Shown: piece after piece, positions 25,836 through 28,534 of the stretch
Layout of the letters: each line of letters starts with the position of its first letter
How positions within the stretch are numbered: the first letter of the stretch is position 1
NCBI GenBank assembly: GCA_964458635.1
Contig: CAYWJZ010000004.1
Location: 1 to 28,534, forward strand
Direction of reading: 5' to 3'
Source of the DNA: an uncultured Atribacterota bacterium
Lineage (GTDB): Bacteria; Atribacterota; Phoenicimicrobiia; Phoenicimicrobiales; Stramentimicrobiaceae
Length of the DNA: 28,534 nucleotides
Position numbers and translations under genes: made by a program
The notes under the pieces: generated by a model
Database searches by the model: none
What the model saw: only the letters and a program-made list of their open reading frames with translations
Told to the model about the DNA's origin: nothing

Positions 25836-26990
25836 ATGAAAATTGCTTTTTTTACCAATTGTTATAAACCTTTGATAAATGGTGTAGTTAGCAGTATTAT
25901 TTCCTTAAAAGGTGCCTATGAAAAAAAGGGGCATTATACCTATGTCTTTGCTCCCAGAGTAGAGGGATACATAGATGAAGAAAAAAATGTATTTCGATAC
26001 CATTCTGTTAATTTAACCAGTAAAGTTAAATATCCAATTGCTATCCCCCTGTCATTAAGAGCCACTAAAGTAATTAATGAATTTAACCCTGATGTAATAC
26101 ATGTCCATCATCCTTTTGTTCTTAGTTTACCGGCAATTATGTATGGTGCAAAATTAAAGATTCCCAAAGTATTAACTATTCACACTCAATATGAACGGTA
26201 TGGCTATTATGTTTCTCCGATCCCGCAAGTCATTATTAATGAGGCTGTGAGAAGAATTATTTTCAATCTTGCAACCAAAGTCGATGTTATAACAACACCT
26301 TCACAATCTATGAAAAAGCTTATAAGCCATTATGGAATAAAAAAGGAAATTGTAGTGATTCCCAACGCCATAAACCTGGAAGTCTTTCAGGAGAGGAATG
26401 AAGAGCAATGCAAGAAATTAGTAGAACAAGCAGGTTTGAAGGATAGTGATATTGTCCTTCTCTATGTTGGGAGGATTTCCTTTGAAAAAAATGTAGATAA
26501 GATTATTAAGGCATTGGCCATTATGAAAAAAAGAAATATAACCAATGTTAAGCTATTACTGGTAGGTGAAGGAACCGCATTGAAACAGATAAGAGAAATG
26601 GTTTATTCGGAGGGGATATCGGATATGGTTAAATTTATCGGAGCAGTGAACAACGAAATAATAAAATATTTTTATCAGATATCAGATATATTTACTTTTA
26701 CTTCTACTTCCGAAACGTTTGGGATGGTGATTATTGAAGCTCTTGCTTCCGGTTTGCCTGTTTTGGCAATAAAGGCTCCCGGTGTCGTAGATATCGTAAC
26801 AGATGGTGTGGACGGACTGTTAGTAGAAGACGAAATATCTCAGTTTGCAGAGCGCCTGGAGATTTTAGTAAAAAATAGAAATTTAAGGAAGAAACTTTCA
26901 GAAGGTGCCAGAAATACAGCCCAACGTTACAACGTAGATACTATTTCTGATCAGATGCTTAATCTGTACCAAAGACTCATAAAAAATTAA
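25836..26990 (+). CDS. GT4 family glycosyltransferase (possible glycolipid synthase)
   Basis: MKIAFFTN.Y.P.INGV..S, IH.HHPF, HTQYE.Y, LLYVGRIS.EKN, S.SETFGMVIIEALASGLPV. Confidence 0.85.
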   Translation: MKIAFFTNCYKPLINGVVSSIISLKGAYEKKGHYTYVFAPRVEGYIDEEKNVFRYHSVNLTSKVKYPIAIPLSLRATKVINEFNPDVIHVHHPFVLSLPAIMYGAKLKIPKVLTIHTQYERYGYYVSPIPQVIINEAVRRIIFNLATKVDVITTPSQSMKKLISHYGIKKEIVVIPNAINLEVFQERNEEQCKKLVEQAGLKDSDIVLLYVGRISFEKNVDKIIKALAIMKKRNITNVKLLLVGEGTALKQIREMVYSEGISDMVKFIGAVNNEIIKYFYQISDIFTFTSTSETFGMVIIEALASGLPVLAIKAPGVVDIVTDGVDGLLVEDEISQFAERLEILVKNRNLRKKLSEGARNTAQRYNVDTISDQMLNLYQRLIKN

Positions 26991-27040
26991 GAGTACATTT
27001 CCCAAACTACTTGTAATATAAAAACGATCTATCTTTGCTA

Positions 27041-27049
27041 TGATATAAT
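27041..27049 (+). promoter_or_regulatory. Extended -10 promoter for msrAB
   Basis: TG-A-TATAAT at 27041-27049, with no recognisable -35 at canonical spacing. Confidence 0.5.
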
Positions 27050-27074
27050 CAAAGTATAAACAAAGAGAGAGGAT

Positions 27075-28226
27075 GTGATTAAAATGAGTATTATCAGTAG
27101 ACATAAAAATAGTGGTATGGATTGCTACCATACTAATTCAAAAAATATATTATCTTCTTTTAGATTTTCTATAAATATTGCCATATTTTTAATTTTATTT
27201 ATAGCTACTTTTAATACGGCAGTCTTTGGGCAGGATAATCTGCAAAAGGCAACTTTTGCGGGCGGTTGTTTCTGGTGTATAGAGGCAGCATTTGAAGAAC
27301 TGGATGGTGTATCAGAAGCAATATCCGGATACACTGGAGGGGATACAACTGATCCGACCTATGAAGAAGTTTCCACCGGGGAAACCGGACATTATGAAGC
27401 GGTAGAAATAATTTTTGACTCGACTAAAATTACCTATTCGGAATTATTAAATGAATTCTGGCGTAATATCAATCCTACTGATCCGGCTGGACAATTTGCC
27501 GACCGAGGCAGTCAATATCAGACAGCAATTTTTTACCATGATGACCAACAAAGAATACTTGCAGAAAAATCAAAGGAAGTATTACAAGATTCAGGGACAT
27601 TTCAGGAAGAGATTGTAACAAAAATATTACCCGCATCGGAATTTTATCCTGCAGAAGAGTATCATCAGGATTATTATAGAAAAAATCTTCTCGGATATCA
27701 ACGGTATAAAACTGGCTCCGGGAGGACAGATTATATAGACAGTAAATGGGGAGGAAAAGTTATGGAAAAAACATGGGATGAAAATTACCAAAAACCGTCC
27801 AAAGAAGAATTAAAAGAAACCCTCTCACCGTTACAATACAAGGTAACACAGGAGAATGGTACGGAAAGGCCTTTTCAGAATGAGTACTGGGATAATAAGG
27901 CGGAAGGGATTTATGTGGATGTAGTATCCGGAGAACCTCTTTTCAGTTCAACGGATAAGTTTGATTCCGGAACGGGATGGCCAAGTTTTACCAGACCAAT
28001 TGAAGCTGATAACATTGTTGAAAAAGAAGATAGAAGCCATATGATGGTAAGGACAGAGGTTAGAAGCAAGCACGCGGATTCTCATCTTGGTCATCTTTTT
28101 GATGATGGCCCTCAACCTACCGGGTTGCGTTATTGTATTAATTCGGCTGCCTTAAGATTTATCCCTCAAGAAGATCTAGAAGAGGAAGGTTACGGGCAAT
28201 ATCTGGAACTTTTTAAAGACAATTGA
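27075..28226 (+). CDS. msrAB: Fused peptide methionine sulfoxide reductase MsrA-MsrB with a signal-peptide-like N-terminus
   Basis: MsrA motifs [29 protein letters not shown] and [12 protein letters not shown]. MsrB motifs [27 protein letters not shown] and [10 protein letters not shown] hydrophobic stretch precedes QDNLQKATF. The start codon is uncertain (27075, 27084 or later). Confidence 0.92.
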   Translation: MIKMSIISRHKNSGMDCYHTNSKNILSSFRFSINIAIFLILFIATFNTAVFGQDNLQKATFAGGCFWCIEAAFEELDGVSEAISGYTGGDTTDPTYEEVSTGETGHYEAVEIIFDSTKITYSELLNEFWRNINPTDPAGQFADRGSQYQTAIFYHDDQQRILAEKSKEVLQDSGTFQEEIVTKILPASEFYPAEEYHQDYYRKNLLGYQRYKTGSGRTDYIDSKWGGKVMEKTWDENYQKPSKEELKETLSPLQYKVTQENGTERPFQNEYWDNKAEGIYVDVVSGEPLFSSTDKFDSGTGWPSFTRPIEADNIVEKEDRSHMMVRTEVRSKHADSHLGHLFDDGPQPTGLRYCINSAALRFIPQEDLEEEGYGQYLELFKDN

Positions 28227-28297
28227 TCCATTAATCAAATTGTTTTTACATACAGATAAAGCGCTGCTACACTGGAATATTTTTACCTTCAACAACT

Positions 28298-28350
28298 CAA
28301 GCCTCATTTAGATATTTCTTGAAGCCATATGCTACACGAATGTGATGTTT
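28298..28350 (+). repeat. Decayed dispersed family B copy
   Basis: 28320-28350 matches 23966-23996 at 24 of 31 positions. The upstream CCTCATTTAGA matches CCTCATTTTAGA. Confidence 0.65.
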
Positions 28351-28403
28351 GCTTTTTTCTAAGATTCTAAGAAGAGACTTGTACTTTTAAAGAAGGGGCC
28401 TGT

Positions 28404-28465
28404 TGCCTCACATAAAAATGTACTTGAAAGCTAATACGCTGCCTCAACTAAAAATGTACTCGAAA
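28404..28465 (+). repeat. Imperfect direct repeat, 26 nt x 2, period 36
   Basis: TGCCTCACATAAAAATGTACTTGAAA (28404-28429) and TGCCTCAACTAAAAATGTACTCGAAA (28440-28465) are identical at 23 of 26 positions. Confidence 0.7.
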
Positions 28466-28534
28466 CTACTTTGAGCTTTCCTACTCATCTGTTGCTCGTT
28501 ATTCACTTTATGTTTTAAGACATTCAATCTCAGT

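Noticed and set aside
3049-27334. Short antisense or shadow ORFs in the track (e.g. 3049-3279, 3416-3667, 5666-5893, 8332-8526, 11629-11826, 15284-15469, 17221-17421, 18477-18788, 25050-25319, 27125-27334)
   Set aside because: All lie within or opposite well-supported genes and have no recognisable motifs, as expected by chance.
27075-28226. Selenocysteine in MsrA or MsrB
   Set aside because: The catalytic positions are ordinary Cys (GCFWC, RYCINS) and there is no in-frame TGA before the terminal stop.
28404-28465. Possible CRISPR array
   Set aside because: There are only two imperfect units with a 10-nt spacer, which is far too short, and no cas genes in the window.

Overview
This is an AT-rich bacterial window whose lineage cannot be fixed from the sequence alone. 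It is made almost entirely of housekeeping genes, with no transposase, CRISPR array, rRNA or tRNA detected. The left part holds the 3' end of an Ldh_2-family oxidoreductase, a DUF6391-like membrane protein, a PC4-like ssDNA-binding protein, a polysaccharide deacetylase, an adenosine-specific kinase, a NatAB-like ABC exporter, an HI0933-family flavoprotein, a ferric-reductase-like membrane protein, a YugP-like Zn peptidase, an ATP-cone class II ribonucleotide reductase, a hemolysin III family protein and typA. The centre (13.5-23.7 kb) is an 11-gene operon covering every step from DAHP synthesis to the Phe/Tyr keto acids: aroH, aroF, aroF, aroA, aroE, aroC, aroK, aroB, aroQ, tyrA, pheA. The right part holds glnS, a GT4 glycosyltransferase and an msrA-msrB fusion. 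There are three main discoveries. (1) A 29-aa Phe/Tyr-rich leader peptide (MLLRKQSQQIFNFNYYYFYFIGDVYALVS), absent from the ORF track, lies inside a six-segment transcription attenuator ahead of the aro operon. (2) Two tandem DAHP synthase genes are identical over 956 nt but differ in the first 32 residues of the allosteric domain, including Ile versus Ser at position 31. This suggests Phe- and Tyr-sensitive isoenzymes, but an assembly artefact must be excluded. (3) Two families of short dispersed hairpin repeats co-occur in intergenic regions and resemble IS200/IS605-type end remnants.
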